DNA of 64,000 nucleotides from the NCBI GenBank assembly GCA_000004985.1, contig GG738887.1; one strand, given 5' to 3'. Positions 33,327 to 44,875 of this stretch are shown here, piece after piece. Under the pieces are notes generated by a model, which saw only the letters and a list, made by a program, of their open reading frames with translations, did no database searches and had not been told where the DNA came from. Position numbers and translations under genes: made by a program. Origin of the DNA: Naegleria gruberi (taxonomy: Eukaryota). Each line of letters starts with the position of its first letter. The first letter of the stretch is position 1.

Positions 33327-34701
33327 TTACTCGATTACTAAATTTTGGGAAAGAATAATGTAAGCTCTCTCACTTAAATATGGATCAATCTTTCTCAATT
33401 TATCAATACACATTCTAATTCTCTTCAATTCCATTTCTGTCAAATGTTCTCTCTCAATAGGTGGTAAATATTCACATCTTTCAACATTTGAAGCAAAAGA
33501 ATCACTTCTTCCCAATGATGATGGTGTTTCGGTACTCGATAACTTTAAATTATTTGAAAAATCAAATGAAATATCAAATGATTCACCTCCAAATGTTTTT
33601 GGTTCTTCAATTTCTCTCTTGTCATAAATTAAACTTCCCTCATTTGATTCAGATAAAATATTTAGAGAGCTAGTGCTACTCTTCTCCAAACTCTTTTGTT
33701 CAGCAATCGCTCTTTGAAATGTGTGAACTTGACGAAGATGATTAAATAAATTCAATACTCTTCCAGGTGTAATTCCTGTCATTGAGAAGTATATGTTAAA
33801 TAGTTATTCAATTCACAATTACAATTAACTACGAAAAAGAAACATACCAACTAATTTATCCTTATCACCAGTCACTGCATAATTCCAAATCTTTTCACCA
33901 TTCCATTCAGGATGATTTTCAAAAACATCAATTAAACCATGCATATCACGTGAACACATCCAAATCATTAAATCTTCATGTGTCCATTCAATAATTGGTA
34001 ATTCATATTCAAGAAAATGTTTAGATTGATTTCCACCATTTTGATTGCTATTCGAATGTAGTACTGAATTTAAAATATGTCGATGAGAAGCTAACACTCT
34101 CAATAAGGAAAAATCTGTTGGAATTCCAAGAAAATCTCTGAAATATGAATTTGCATAAATTTGTCCATGTTCCAACATTTCACATAACAATATTTGAAAT
34201 TGATTCTTTCTTTCCTCAATTACTTTATCATCAAATCGATCTATTTACATTTATATGAACATTAATATATTTAAAAAATATATTCAATAGTTTACAATCA
34301 ATATATTAAATATTAAATAGTAAATATTAAATATTAAATTTCCATATCAATACAAAAATAACAATAACAACAAACATACTAAATGCATTCTTTTCAGGCA
34401 TTTCCGATAACACAACATTCGGCAACTTGACACACAAATCATACAATTCTTTAAATTCCTTAAATCTCCGCGATACTTTAAAATTAATAATTGTCTCACG
34501 AATTCGAGTTGTAATATCGTAGAGTGTTTTTTTAGATAAAAAACCATCACTCTCATCAATTTTATTATCTGTAATAGTGATGGTGATGAATTTGTGTGGA
34601 ATAATTCCGATATCTTGGAAGGCTAGGTCTTCGTGTTCTTCCTCCATTTCAACGTAGTGGTTTTTTTCATCTTGTGAATGTTTGCTAATGTAGTGAAACA
34701 T
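33327..34701 (-). CDS. PX-domain + SAM-domain protein, 3 exons
   Basis: Exon 1 (34701..about 34380) encodes '...FKVSRRFKEFKELYDLCVKLPNVVLSEMPEKNAF', the PX 'RR(F/Y)S(E/D)F..L' and 'P.LP.K' motifs. A GTATGT donor and a 138-nt AT-rich intron lead to the acceptor 'aaatAG' at about 34242. Exon 2 continues in phase 'NRFDDKVIEERKNQFQILLCEMLEHGQIYANSYFRDFLGI' (PX C-terminal half), then a SAM-like segment 'IIEWTHEDLMIWMCSRDMHGLIDVFENHPEWNGEKIWNYAVTGDKDKLVG|ITPGRVLNLFNHL' that spans a about 72-nt GTATGT..GACAG intron (about 33847..33776). My reading of the sequence text and the ORF track differ by 1 nt locally, so junctions are ±2. Confidence 0.5.
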
Positions 34702-34993
34702 TTTTTTTTTTTAGGAGTTTCGAATAGAGTTGATTTTTAAAGGTCAACGAATGAGATTTTTAGTGAACACCATTTTCGGAGCACGATCTATTTAACATTT
34801 GGAACATGAATTGTAAAGTTGTTTATTCGAATATTTAAATAAACTTCAGTGCAATAACATTTAAATTGTACAAAATTGTTACGTACTTTACAAAGAAAAT
34901 TAAATTTTCAAGATGAACTTGCAAATAAATTCTTTAAAAAAAAATATCTTCACATGATTGAACCCATTCACTATATACACACACAATCTAAAA

Positions 34994-36583
34994 ATGAATG
35001 ATATTGATAAAGTTAATATTTTATTAATTAATGATATTTGTTATGAAATATTGGAATGGTTAGAATTTCAGGAAATTATTTGTACTTGTTCACTCGTTTG
35101 TAAAAAGTGGAATGAAATTTCCCGATCAGCATGTAAAATTCACATCCGAATAGAAACTAAATTAATGTTTCAAAATTTACTTTTCACATTGGAAAAATTC
35201 AATAATAATTTAATGTATTATCATATTCATGGATTAACATTTTCATTTTCAAAGGCAATTTCAGATAAAACGAATTTAATTTCCATTGAGAAATTAATGC
35301 CAAATTTAATACATTTAGATATTTATGGAAGTGATATTGAAGATAGTGGAGTTGCTTGTTTATGTAAATTAAAAGAATTGAAAATATTGAATATTGGTAG
35401 TAACAAATTAACATCTAAGGGAAGAGGAATAGAAATGATAAGCAAGTTTATGAAATGTTTAACAAATTTGGATATTTCTTTTAATTCTTTGGGAAATTCT
35501 GGTATGAAACAATTAAAATTGGATAAATTGACCGATTTGAATGTTTCATATTGTGATATAGATGCAACAGGCATTCAATTTATTAGAAATATGACTTGTC
35601 TTATCAAGCTCAATATTTCAGGTAATAATATTAATTGTAAAGGTGCTTTGTTGCTTTCCAATTTGAAGAATTTACAAGAACTTGATATTGCGTCTGCCTG
35701 TTTAAAAGAAGAAGGGGCTAAACATATTTCTCGAATGGATAATTTAAAGTTTCTCTCTATTTCACATAATCAAATTCTTAATGGTGGAGCCAAGGCCATT
35801 TCATCACTTTCTAAATTGGAAATATTGCATATTTCGAATTGTGATATTGGATGTGAAGGTCTTCAATATATTTCAAAGAATTTGAAAAACCTTACTGAAA
35901 TTGATATTGGAGGCAATCATTTTGGGATGGATGGTGTTATTGTAATTGCCTCCATGAATAATCTGAAAGTACTTTCAATAGCTGAAAGCTGTTTAGGTTT
36001 ACTTGGAGTTCAATATTTATCCAAAATGGAAAATTTGACCTATCTTAATATTTCAGATAATATTGACGATATTTTTATTGGAGAGTCGATTAATGATTTA
36101 CAAAATTTAACAACATTATTGTATACAAATAATAGTCTTTCTATGGATGAAGCTATTACAATTAGTTCACTAACTCAACTTACAACACTTAATATTGAAT
36201 CAACAGAGATCAGTGATGTACATATTGAAATATTATGTAGCTCACTTCATCATTTAATCAATCTATATGCAGATACCAATTTCATTACAAGTTGGGGAGT
36301 TAAACTAATTAGTGAATCAATGATTGATTTAGAAAGTTTATATTTGAGTGGTAATAGAATTGGAGATGAAGGATTAACATATATTTGTTCCCTTCAACAT
36401 TTGAGAATTCTTGGAGTTTGTAATTGTGAAATTGGGGATAGAGGTGTGCAAGTATTGGTTAATTGTGCCCCAAAAAAATTAAGGGAACTTTTAATTGATT
36501 GTAATGAAAATATTACTTCAAAAGGATGTAAATTAATATATTCAATACCTCAATTAAATTCTATTTATTTAGAAAATAATTAA
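34994..36583 (+). CDS. F-box / leucine-rich-repeat (RNI-like) protein
   Basis: N-terminal 'INDICYEILEWLEFQEIICTCSLVCKKWNEISRS' is an F-box. It is followed by about 16 RNI-type LRRs ('L..L..LDISFNSLGNSGMKQL', 'LNISGNNINCKGALLL', and so on). The start is set to ATG 34994; track ORF 34958 begins at TTG. Confidence 0.65.
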   Translation: MNDIDKVNILLINDICYEILEWLEFQEIICTCSLVCKKWNEISRSACKIHIRIETKLMFQNLLFTLEKFNNNLMYYHIHGLTFSFSKAISDKTNLISIEKLMPNLIHLDIYGSDIEDSGVACLCKLKELKILNIGSNKLTSKGRGIEMISKFMKCLTNLDISFNSLGNSGMKQLKLDKLTDLNVSYCDIDATGIQFIRNMTCLIKLNISGNNINCKGALLLSNLKNLQELDIASACLKEEGAKHISRMDNLKFLSISHNQILNGGAKAISSLSKLEILHISNCDIGCEGLQYISKNLKNLTEIDIGGNHFGMDGVIVIASMNNLKVLSIAESCLGLLGVQYLSKMENLTYLNISDNIDDIFIGESINDLQNLTTLLYTNNSLSMDEAITISSLTQLTTLNIESTEISDVHIEILCSSLHHLINLYADTNFITSWGVKLISESMIDLESLYLSGNRIGDEGLTYICSLQHLRILGVCNCEIGDRGVQVLVNCAPKKLRELLIDCNENITSKGCKLIYSIPQLNSIYLENN

Positions 36584-36689
36584 TTATGGATTTTAATAAA
36601 GGAAAATCCTAAAAATTTCGACAAGTTCAATTAAATGAAAAATATTTATGATTAAAATTACAATTTTATTATGAATTTTATTTAAATAT

Positions 36690-38402
36690 TTAATTAATAA
36701 TAACAATCAATACCATCATCACCATCATTGAAAATAAAACTATAAACTTTCCATTAAATTGATTTCCACTTGAAATTCTTGTACTGTTCGTTGCAATTTT
36801 AGAACTATTCTTTGGTGTTATTGAATTTGTACCATTATTATTACCAAGTGAATTCTCTGGTTGAGTTGATTCTTTTGAAAATGTAAATTTAACAATTCTC
36901 AAATTAGTTTGTACATCTATGGTAATATTTTCCAAATCTTTAGGAAGAGTATTATTAATAATAATATTAGAAAGTGGATCATAGACAATGAAACTAGTAA
37001 TGTTATATCCTGTTAATTTGATCATATCCTTAATTGGTTGTGAGTTCAATTTAATTCCATTAGAAATTTGATTTCCCCAATAAAACCACAGCAAAGATCC
37101 TTCTCCATTATGAACAGTTACTGAATGCATATTTCCTGGATCATTTGTTGGAGTGAAAACATTTGAAACTCCATATAATTGCTTTCTTTCTCCAATAAAT
37201 TGTAAATAATTCAATAAAGCAAAATAGGAAGGTTTAGCCATTTGTTGAATATTTTCCCAATTTGATTTAGATGAATCAATTGTAATATTATTTCTCAACA
37301 TTCCATAATAGGTATCTCTTTGAGAAGCTCCAATACTAGTTGGAAAATCAAACATTGCAAATTGATAAACTCTATCAAAACATAAATGCATTAAAATTGT
37401 CAAACGTCTGAGAATGTAATCAGCTTGAACTTTTTCTGAAATGAATGGTTGTTCAGAGAAATCAGTTGTATAAGTTGACCAACCCCATTCTGTTGCAAAT
37501 ATTCTTTTACCATACTTGGCTAATAAAGGATATGCAATTTCCTTTGCTTTTGTTTCAAAATCATAAACATCTGATGAAACACTTCCTTCAGGTGTTGCAT
37601 AATAAGGATGATATGCAACAATATCACATTTATCATATGCTCCCAAAGGTTCCAATGCATAAAACATTGGTGTTTGTGAATGATATGGCATTTCACTAAA
37701 ATAAGCCATGCCTGCCATTGAAATTTTCACATTTTTCATTGAGGAATATTCAGGATTTGATGTATTGGAAATGAATGTTTGAACTCTATCATAGGATTCT
37801 CTAAGTAAATTTGTATAATTTTGAGGATTTTCCATTGGCATCCAAAAGGCAGGTAAATTAACTTCATTCCAAATTTGAACAATTTCTAATCCTTTCTTTG
37901 CATATCTTTCAATTAACCAAACAAGTCTATCTGTATATGGTGTTATACTAGTTGGTGGATAAGTATCTGATTTACTAGTTGTTGGATCTGAACTAATCCA
38001 TGGTGCACTTCCACTGAAAAAGAATAAACTCTTAATTCCATTTTTAGATAATTTGTCCATTGCCAAATCAACTCTAGCTAAATAAACATCATATAATTGA
38101 TTTCGAATAGGTTCAAGTAATGCCCAATGAATTGGTATTCTAATATGTGTAATATTAACTCTCTTTAAACTTTCAATCATTAAATCATAACTAAATAAAG
38201 AATTATCATAAAATGGAAATGGAAGATTTGTTGCTAGAAATTCTGGAATTGAAATGTTAGTTGTAGTTGATAATGGATTTGCATTCAATGAACATTTAAT
38301 AGTATTATGCGGAGATACAGTTGCATGAACATGATGTGAATTAACAATCATGCAAAATAAAAATACTACTACTATTAAAACTGTCAATTGTCTAGTCGAC
38401 AT
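36690..38402 (-). CDS. Secreted glycoside hydrolase, GH5-like (TIM-barrel) with signal peptide and hydrophobic C-terminus (possible GPI anchor)
   Basis: 'MSTRQLTVLIVVVFLFCMIVNSHHVHA' is a signal peptide. 'NITHIRIPIHWALLEP' and 'IVQIWNEVNLPAFW' are GH5-type NEP-like motifs around the catalytic Glu. The C-terminus 'FIVLFSMMVMMVLIVIIN*' is hydrophobic. The start is set to ATG 38402. Confidence 0.55.
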   Translation of the reverse strand: MSTRQLTVLIVVVFLFCMIVNSHHVHATVSPHNTIKCSLNANPLSTTTNISIPEFLATNLPFPFYDNSLFSYDLMIESLKRVNITHIRIPIHWALLEPIRNQLYDVYLARVDLAMDKLSKNGIKSLFFFSGSAPWISSDPTTSKSDTYPPTSITPYTDRLVWLIERYAKKGLEIVQIWNEVNLPAFWMPMENPQNYTNLLRESYDRVQTFISNTSNPEYSSMKNVKISMAGMAYFSEMPYHSQTPMFYALEPLGAYDKCDIVAYHPYYATPEGSVSSDVYDFETKAKEIAYPLLAKYGKRIFATEWGWSTYTTDFSEQPFISEKVQADYILRRLTILMHLCFDRVYQFAMFDFPTSIGASQRDTYYGMLRNNITIDSSKSNWENIQQMAKPSYFALLNYLQFIGERKQLYGVSNVFTPTNDPGNMHSVTVHNGEGSLLWFYWGNQISNGIKLNSQPIKDMIKLTGYNITSFIVYDPLSNIIINNTLPKDLENITIDVQTNLRIVKFTFSKESTQPENSLGNNNGTNSITPKNSSKIATNSTRISSGNQFNGKFIVLFSMMVMMVLIVIIN

Positions 38403-38711
38403 TTTTTTTTTGAAGATGATAAGATCTTGTCCCAAATCACCAACAATAATGACTTTACAACGGAAGGAAGGACACAATGTTGTTTTATAATGTATCTTAG
38501 AAACCATTTCCACTTCCAAATTTGTACATTCGTGAAATAATAAATTGTTATTTATTATTCCATTGTAACACTGATAACGTTCACATGATGATGTTCCAAT
38601 GTTCTAATATCTCCGTATTCAAATTCATTCAATCTTTTAATTGTCCATTGTAATAATGATTGTACCATACACTTTACAAATTATTGAAAATTAATTTTTA
38701 CAATACTACTA

Positions 38712-39797
38712 CTACAAACGAGGTTTTTCACCCCTTTTAGGAGCATTAGGATTCAAAATATAATTACATGAAAGTAATGGATACAAAGTAACTGCCTTCT
38801 TTGGACATAATGCAATAATTGGATAATAAATAACATTATCCTCCATAGATGATTCAATGGTCATGACATGAACTCCATTTCTGAAAAAGTAAACTAAATT
38901 TTCCTCAAAATTAATATAAAGTGAAAATCTTTCACCAATTTTAACAATTTCAGTGTCGATAATATTGGAAGCATCTGAAATGTGATTCCCAAGTATTTTA
39001 ACTCTTTTACTATCAACTATATATGCAAATCCCTTATTTTCTCTCAAATATTGAGTGGTAGACTTGTCATTATTAAATGTATTAAAATCAATTCCAATTC
39101 CAAATAAAATTCTCCATGAATTTTGACATGCAAAATATTCATTAATAACAATTTCATATCCCTTGAATGTAAATAGACCATTGACTTGTTCAATTCTATT
39201 TGTCAAGTAATAATTTTGACATAGAAATGAATTCCAATCTTTGATATCATTATTTCTAATATATCTTCCATTTATAGTAACTCCAGTATCTGATTTTTCA
39301 CAAGTAGCTTCCTCTTGATATTTAAATTTAATTTCAAGTAATTGTTTAACCAAATCTCTATAATTGTTTTCTCCATCTTTAAATAATTGTTTTTTAATAT
39401 ACGAATCTAAACTATTCTCTGTAAAATTATCCAGCATACTCGTGTATACAAAATGATTAGTAATATTTTCATTGATTTGATCAACCCATAGATTCATTAA
39501 ACCTTTCAATTTTGATTTCCAAAGTGAGTTTCTATATCCAGAATATTCATCATCTGAATTCATTGATTTTCCTCCTCCTCCAAATATTAAATGATTATAA
39601 AAATGATTCACTTGAGCCAATGATTGTAAACTATCACCTGAGCAATACCATAAAATATGAACTCTAATTTCCAATGGAAGATCTTCAAATAATAATAAAC
39701 AATATTCATCATTCGTACGAGTAATACAATCATTAGCAATATCATCAACATCACCACCTAATACAATCATCATTAGTAGCATGATGATCAACATCAA
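38712..39797 (-). CDS. F-box / SPRY (B30.2)-domain protein (FBXO45-like architecture)
   Basis: 'LPLEIRVHILWYCSGDSLQSLAQVNHFYNHL' is an F-box. The C-terminal 'WRILFGIGIDFN...KGFAYIVDSKRVKILGNH...GERFSLYINFEENLVYFFRNGVHVMT' has a SPRY-like beta-sandwich pattern. Confidence 0.5.
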   Translation of the reverse strand: MMLIIMLLMMIVLGGDVDDIANDCITRTNDEYCLLLFEDLPLEIRVHILWYCSGDSLQSLAQVNHFYNHLIFGGGGKSMNSDDEYSGYRNSLWKSKLKGLMNLWVDQINENITNHFVYTSMLDNFTENSLDSYIKKQLFKDGENNYRDLVKQLLEIKFKYQEEATCEKSDTGVTINGRYIRNNDIKDWNSFLCQNYYLTNRIEQVNGLFTFKGYEIVINEYFACQNSWRILFGIGIDFNTFNNDKSTTQYLRENKGFAYIVDSKRVKILGNHISDASNIIDTEIVKIGERFSLYINFEENLVYFFRNGVHVMTIESSMEDNVIYYPIIALCPKKAVTLYPLLSCNYILNPNAPKRGEKPRL

Positions 39798-39922
39798 GGC
39801 TTCTTGTTTCGTTTCGTTGTAGTGGTAATGATGGTGGTGATGACATTTTTTATTTGTTCTATTAATAGAAAAAGTTCATCATTTTATTTTAAAGTCTTTG
39901 ATCGGAAGAATTAGAAAAAAAA

Positions 39923-41374
39923 ATGTCAACATCATCATTACATAATTGTGATGATCAAAACAAAAAAATAACAATTAATTCATTTTCACGTGATGATCTA
40001 ATATCTATTTGTTCATTTTTATCACCTTCTGATATTTTTAGATTTTCCCAAATTAATCAATTTTATTATTTTAATTTATTTGAATTTTCTAAATATAATC
40101 AATTAATTTCATATTTTCAAAAACAAGTTATTAATCATATTGAAAAGAAAATTAAATTATTTTTCTATTCACAAGATGAATTTAATTTTTTAATGAAAAT
40201 TAAAAATTATAAAATTAAAACTAGAAGTGAAATGAAAAAATGTGTAAAATTGGCAATTAAATTAAATTATTTATTATTAAATGATGAAAATTGTGAAGAT
40301 TGTGAATTTTTAATTAATACACCTGGAAATTGTTTATTAAATTTGAAAGAAAATGAAATGAATGAACAGGTGACAGATCAAAATACTAATCAAATTGAAA
40401 ATTTATGGATGAATCAATTTGGTAAATTATTTAATTCTATTAATTTCAACAATTTTAATGAAATTAAAAAAGATACCACTTATCTCATTCATGGTTTTAG
40501 AACTAGTTCAATAATTACAATCAATTCAATTGAACAAATTAACAAATTAACAACATTTTCATTATTATATGATAAATCTATTGATTATCAATATATTCGT
40601 TCAGATTCTATTATTAAAAATTATTTATCTAAAAGTAAGAAACGTTACAAATTCAAATATCAATTACAAGATTTGAGTAGTTTATTATTTGTACATGAAA
40701 TTCAAATTCCAAAACGTGAATTTATTATTAAAACTCCTAAACATGTTGCATTTTCAAGGGGTATTTTAAAACCCTACCAAAACAAACCAAATCATTTGAG
40801 AATTTTAAATTCCAATAATATTAATCATCAATATTATACTCAATTACTTCCTCCTCAATTAATTCCACATTATTTTGTTAATGAATTTCTACCAACATGT
40901 GGAACAATTGGATATTTCATACTATATGTATATTTAAATTCTAAAACATTTGGATTTATCAAATATGAACATATCATTGGTCGTTATCCAAATTCATTTT
41001 TAAAATTTTTTGGAATTTTATGTTTTTATTGTTGTGTTGGAGCATTTACATTTGTAAAGGTACATGACAGTGCTAAACCTTATTATAAATATTTGATACA
41101 TGTGTCAATGATTCCATTTATTTCGAGTTGTTACATGAAATGGAAAGGAATTGAATTGAAAAATATAAATAGTAATGTGATACCATTTTTGGAAACTGAA
41201 CATAATTTTATATGTGCTCTTCAAATAATAATGATGCTATTTAGAAGTTACAAGTTGTGGTTTTGGGCTAGTTCAGTATGGAGAAATTTTAAACAATTAA
41301 ATGTGAAAAAAATTGGAAGAGAAATTTTTAATGAATTGAAAAGAAATTTCACACAATTCTTTTTTAGAAAGTAA
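39923..41374 (+). CDS. Hypothetical protein with an F-box-like N-terminus and C-terminal transmembrane segments
   Basis: 'FSRDDLISICSFLSPSDIFRFSQINQFYYFNLF' is F-box-like. The C-terminal third holds 3-4 hydrophobic helices ('YFILYVYL', 'FFGILCFYCCVGAFTFV', 'FICALQIIMMLF'). Confidence 0.4.
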   Translation: MSTSSLHNCDDQNKKITINSFSRDDLISICSFLSPSDIFRFSQINQFYYFNLFEFSKYNQLISYFQKQVINHIEKKIKLFFYSQDEFNFLMKIKNYKIKTRSEMKKCVKLAIKLNYLLLNDENCEDCEFLINTPGNCLLNLKENEMNEQVTDQNTNQIENLWMNQFGKLFNSINFNNFNEIKKDTTYLIHGFRTSSIITINSIEQINKLTTFSLLYDKSIDYQYIRSDSIIKNYLSKSKKRYKFKYQLQDLSSLLFVHEIQIPKREFIIKTPKHVAFSRGILKPYQNKPNHLRILNSNNINHQYYTQLLPPQLIPHYFVNEFLPTCGTIGYFILYVYLNSKTFGFIKYEHIIGRYPNSFLKFFGILCFYCCVGAFTFVKVHDSAKPYYKYLIHVSMIPFISSCYMKWKGIELKNINSNVIPFLETEHNFICALQIIMMLFRSYKLWFWASSVWRNFKQLNVKKIGREIFNELKRNFTQFFFRK

Positions 41375-41422
41375 ACAACAATATTAATAATATTAATAAT
41401 AAATTATTTGTATATGATTAAT

Positions 41423-42808
41423 TTACAATAAATATTGAGAAATTCCAAAAATGATAAAAATTACCATAAAAGTGTAAATGAAATAATTTCCATTTCTAAT
41501 AGCACCATTAACACTAGTTCTATTCACAAATGATTGACCTGTTGTAGGTTGAATTGGTGTTGGATTTACAACATCACTTGATTTCTTTTGAGCCAAATAA
41601 AATTGTTTACAATTTCCATTTTCTCCTTGAGTTAATAAATATCCAAATGCAGGATAATAATAAGCATATCCAAATGAATCAATTGCTTTAACATAATATT
41701 TTCTACATGTTGCTGTAGAGTTGACTGAAGTTGTAAATTCAAAAGTTCCCATTCCATTTGCTGATTTATCATCAAATTGATTAGTGACAGGTAATGTCAT
41801 GGTATATCCCTTATCATCAATGAATAATTGAATGGATTTTAATTGTTTGGAATTGGTAATATCATATTTATGATAATAATTAGCTAAAAATGTTAATTGA
41901 CCAGATGTTAAAATTAAATGTGAAACTGAAACAATTGGATTTGAAATACCATGTGAACCTGATACAAAGTTTTGAGTCCAATAATCTGAATAATCAGCAT
42001 CTATATAACTTTAAATATTAGTAATTTAATATAAAACTTACTATTCAATTTAGGAAAATAACCAACTCCTAATAAAGAAAAAGAACCAAGAATATTAGCA
42101 CGATGTAAATCTGAATTAATCCATGTCATTGTAACATCGAGAGGAGTTGTTTGACCTGCTGCAATATTTTCAGCCATTCCAATCTGTTTATATATTTCAC
42201 ACGATAGACGAATAGTCATTTCACACACAAGTCAGAACTTAGTAAAAATGTTGAGCTCAATAACTTACATTATTCCTATTATAAAAAGTTGCAATTCTAA
42301 CAAAAGTATCTTCACCATTACAAGAAGCATGTGAAAAACAATTATTGAATGACATGTCATATGAATGATATCTGGCAGATTCCACAAGATTAAAATGTTC
42401 AAATAATGGAACTAGTCCACTAGCTGCCAAACTAACACCTGATTTAAACAAGGATCCAAATCTTGATTTAAATCCAACAGGTGACATTCTTGCCCAATTT
42501 GTTAACACGTGAACTGTTTTCTCAAAATAGAGAGAATAGAGATAGGTCTTTTCTGAACGTGAATTTGTACCTGCTTGTTGAGAACCATAATAAATCCATT
42601 GACCATTATCTAATGTTCCATTATTTTGAGTATTTCCTCCATCATTAACTGAAATGGATTGTTGAGTAAAGGTTTCGAATACATTTTCAGTTTTACTTGT
42701 ATCACTTATTATGGATGGATTGCAAGTAATGAATGATACACAGGACAAGATAACTAGGAATACAAATAATATTTTGATTATGAATGGAATGAAATGAAGA
42801 GTTGCCAT
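41423..42808 (-). CDS. Secreted, probably GPI-anchored hypothetical protein, 3 exons (possible CAP/SCP-like region, low confidence)
   Basis: Exons 42808..42269, 42183..42042 and 42000..41423. Introns are 85 nt (GTAAGT..AAACAG) and 41 nt (GTAAGT..TATAG), both in phase. Signal peptide 'MATLHFIPFIIKILFVFLVILSCVSFITC'. C-terminal hydrophobic tail 'YFIYTFMVIFIIFGISQYLL*'. Track ORFs 42257.., 42001.. and 41423.. are its three exons. Confidence 0.45.
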
Positions 42809-43105
42809 TTTTTTTCTGTTGGATAAATGAAAGGTTTCGTATTTATGATTGATAACTGATATTTCATTGTTCGATTTGGAGCTGAAAAGCCACAACAGAC
42901 TATTGAGGATGCCATTTATGAAATATCGTTCCAAATCAACCATTAAACCAATAGAATTGTTCATTAATTTTTACAACATTCTACTAGTATCAATGAATTG
43001 AATGAGACACAACATGTAATCTTTGTTAAAACCAATTTTCATAAAGATAGAATCTATCCAATATATCAATATATATATGTATGTGAGTGGTGTATGGTAT
43101 ATGGT

Positions 43106-44494
43106 TTATTGAGATGATGAAAATAATGAACCTAAACTTGATGAAGGTCCCTCATCTCTATTTGTTGAATTAAAGAAAATATCAGAAGTGTTAAATGGAT
43201 TACTACTACTCGTTTCTTGACTTGTAATTGGTCCATCTATTAAGGGAAATAGTCCATTTTCTTGTGAAGATAATATTCTAGATTGAGGTAAAGGAGAAAG
43301 TGGTGGTGTCAGGAATGGAGGAGGTGAAGATTGAATATATTCATAATTCTTATTGGTGGTTATGATTGGACTTTGTACAGTATTCGATTCAATATCATTT
43401 GTATTAAAATCATCAGATGATGGAAAATTGGAAGATTTCACAAGAATTGGACTTGATGCTCCTCCTTCATCCAAAACTATTTCATCTCTAGATTCATCCA
43501 ATAAATTAATAACAGTGGTAGTAGTAGTAATAGTGGAACTACCACTTGGTTTTGATACAGCAGCAGTTGCACTACTTGAATTTTTCATTGTATTCTTCAA
43601 AGTAGGAATTGATAAATTATTCTTGACAGCATTTGGTGAAATTTTAACCTTTTTCTTTGAATTAGATGAGGAAGATGTAGCTACACTATGTGAATCAGTA
43701 TCATCTTCTTCATCTTCTTCTTCTTCATCATTGGTTATTGAAGATCCCTTTCTCTTATTCTTAGTCTTTGCTAAACTTTTAAGATAAACTTCAGGTTTTG
43801 AAAGTAATCTGAATGGAGATGAAATCTTTGTTGCAACTTTTTTCATTACATCTCTATCTGTACAAGCTCTATATACATCAATTTCAAATCTAAATTTGGC
43901 ACTTGGTTTAAATTTAAAAACCTTTGCATTTTGCCAATATAATGTAATTTTCCAAACTCCATTTTCATAATCCTCTGTATGAGAATCAGTAATAACAGGT
44001 CTACTTTCAGATGAAAAACATTCAGTCCATTCTCCATTATCATAATTCTCTGTCAAGTCCTGTTCACTCGATATTAGCATAAATAATTTAATTTTACTAT
44101 AAAATCCATAATCAATTTTAGCCCATTCAAGTAATTCTTTTGTTGGTGTTAATGTAAAATCGTATTGATGAGTACGAAATAAACAATCACTTGGATAATT
44201 ATCTAAATTTTTGACTAGCCTACTTTTAACTTCAATAGTTATATCAGCTCCATTGTTTGGTTCATCTTTTGTTTGTGATGGTATGATAACTTGTCCAACA
44301 GAGAGTGGTACCCATGTTAATGGTACAATAACCTTCTTTTGATCATTTGTTGCTGCTGTTGTTGTTGAAGAAGAAGATGAACCTTTTGATGAAGAAGCCT
44401 CCGATGTTGATGACTTTTTAGACTTTTTTTCTGTCGTTTTATTATTCGTTGTTGTTGCTGATGTTGTTGATATCACTGATTTTTTCTTTCCCAT
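43106..44494 (-). CDS. Hypothetical Ser/Thr-rich protein with a central folded domain (462 aa)
   Basis: Long ATG ORF. The termini are low-complexity S/T. The central about 180 aa ('VPLTWVPLSVGQVIIPSQTKDEPNN...ITLYWQNAKVFKFKPSAKFRFEIDVYRACTD') look like a beta-sandwich. There is also an acidic tract 'DEEEEDEEDDTD'. Confidence 0.45.
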   Translation of the reverse strand: MGKKKSVISTTSATTTNNKTTEKKSKKSSTSEASSSKGSSSSSTTTAATNDQKKVIVPLTWVPLSVGQVIIPSQTKDEPNNGADITIEVKSRLVKNLDNYPSDCLFRTHQYDFTLTPTKELLEWAKIDYGFYSKIKLFMLISSEQDLTENYDNGEWTECFSSESRPVITDSHTEDYENGVWKITLYWQNAKVFKFKPSAKFRFEIDVYRACTDRDVMKKVATKISSPFRLLSKPEVYLKSLAKTKNKRKGSSITNDEEEEDEEDDTDSHSVATSSSSNSKKKVKISPNAVKNNLSIPTLKNTMKNSSSATAAVSKPSGSSTITTTTTVINLLDESRDEIVLDEGGASSPILVKSSNFPSSDDFNTNDIESNTVQSPIITTNKNYEYIQSSPPPFLTPPLSPLPQSRILSSQENGLFPLIDGPITSQETSSSNPFNTSDIFFNSTNRDEGPSSSLGSLFSSSQ

Positions 44495-44875
44495 TATTTA
44501 TTCTCTTTTCTTATTCTATTAAAGTCTTTAATAACAAACATTAAAGGCTTGTGTGAGTTTTCTTGATGATGTGCCTAAATTTTTTTTTACTTATTTTTAG
44601 ATGGAATTTAGCAAGAGATCGAAAATCTGCTGGAACTATTTAATTATCACAGTATTTAACAAATCTTTAAATTCACCATTTTCACTCACGCATCATACAC
44701 ATTTGATTAGGTTCTAAAAAGTTGTGCATGTTTGATCATTCAAAAATCAATTGAATTCATTAAATTTCATTGTATAACAGTATATCAATACCATATAACT
44801 ATTAACAATAATATTCTCACCATGATCATTCAATTATATAATTAATTAAAATTTCAAAATTATATTTATTCTTGT

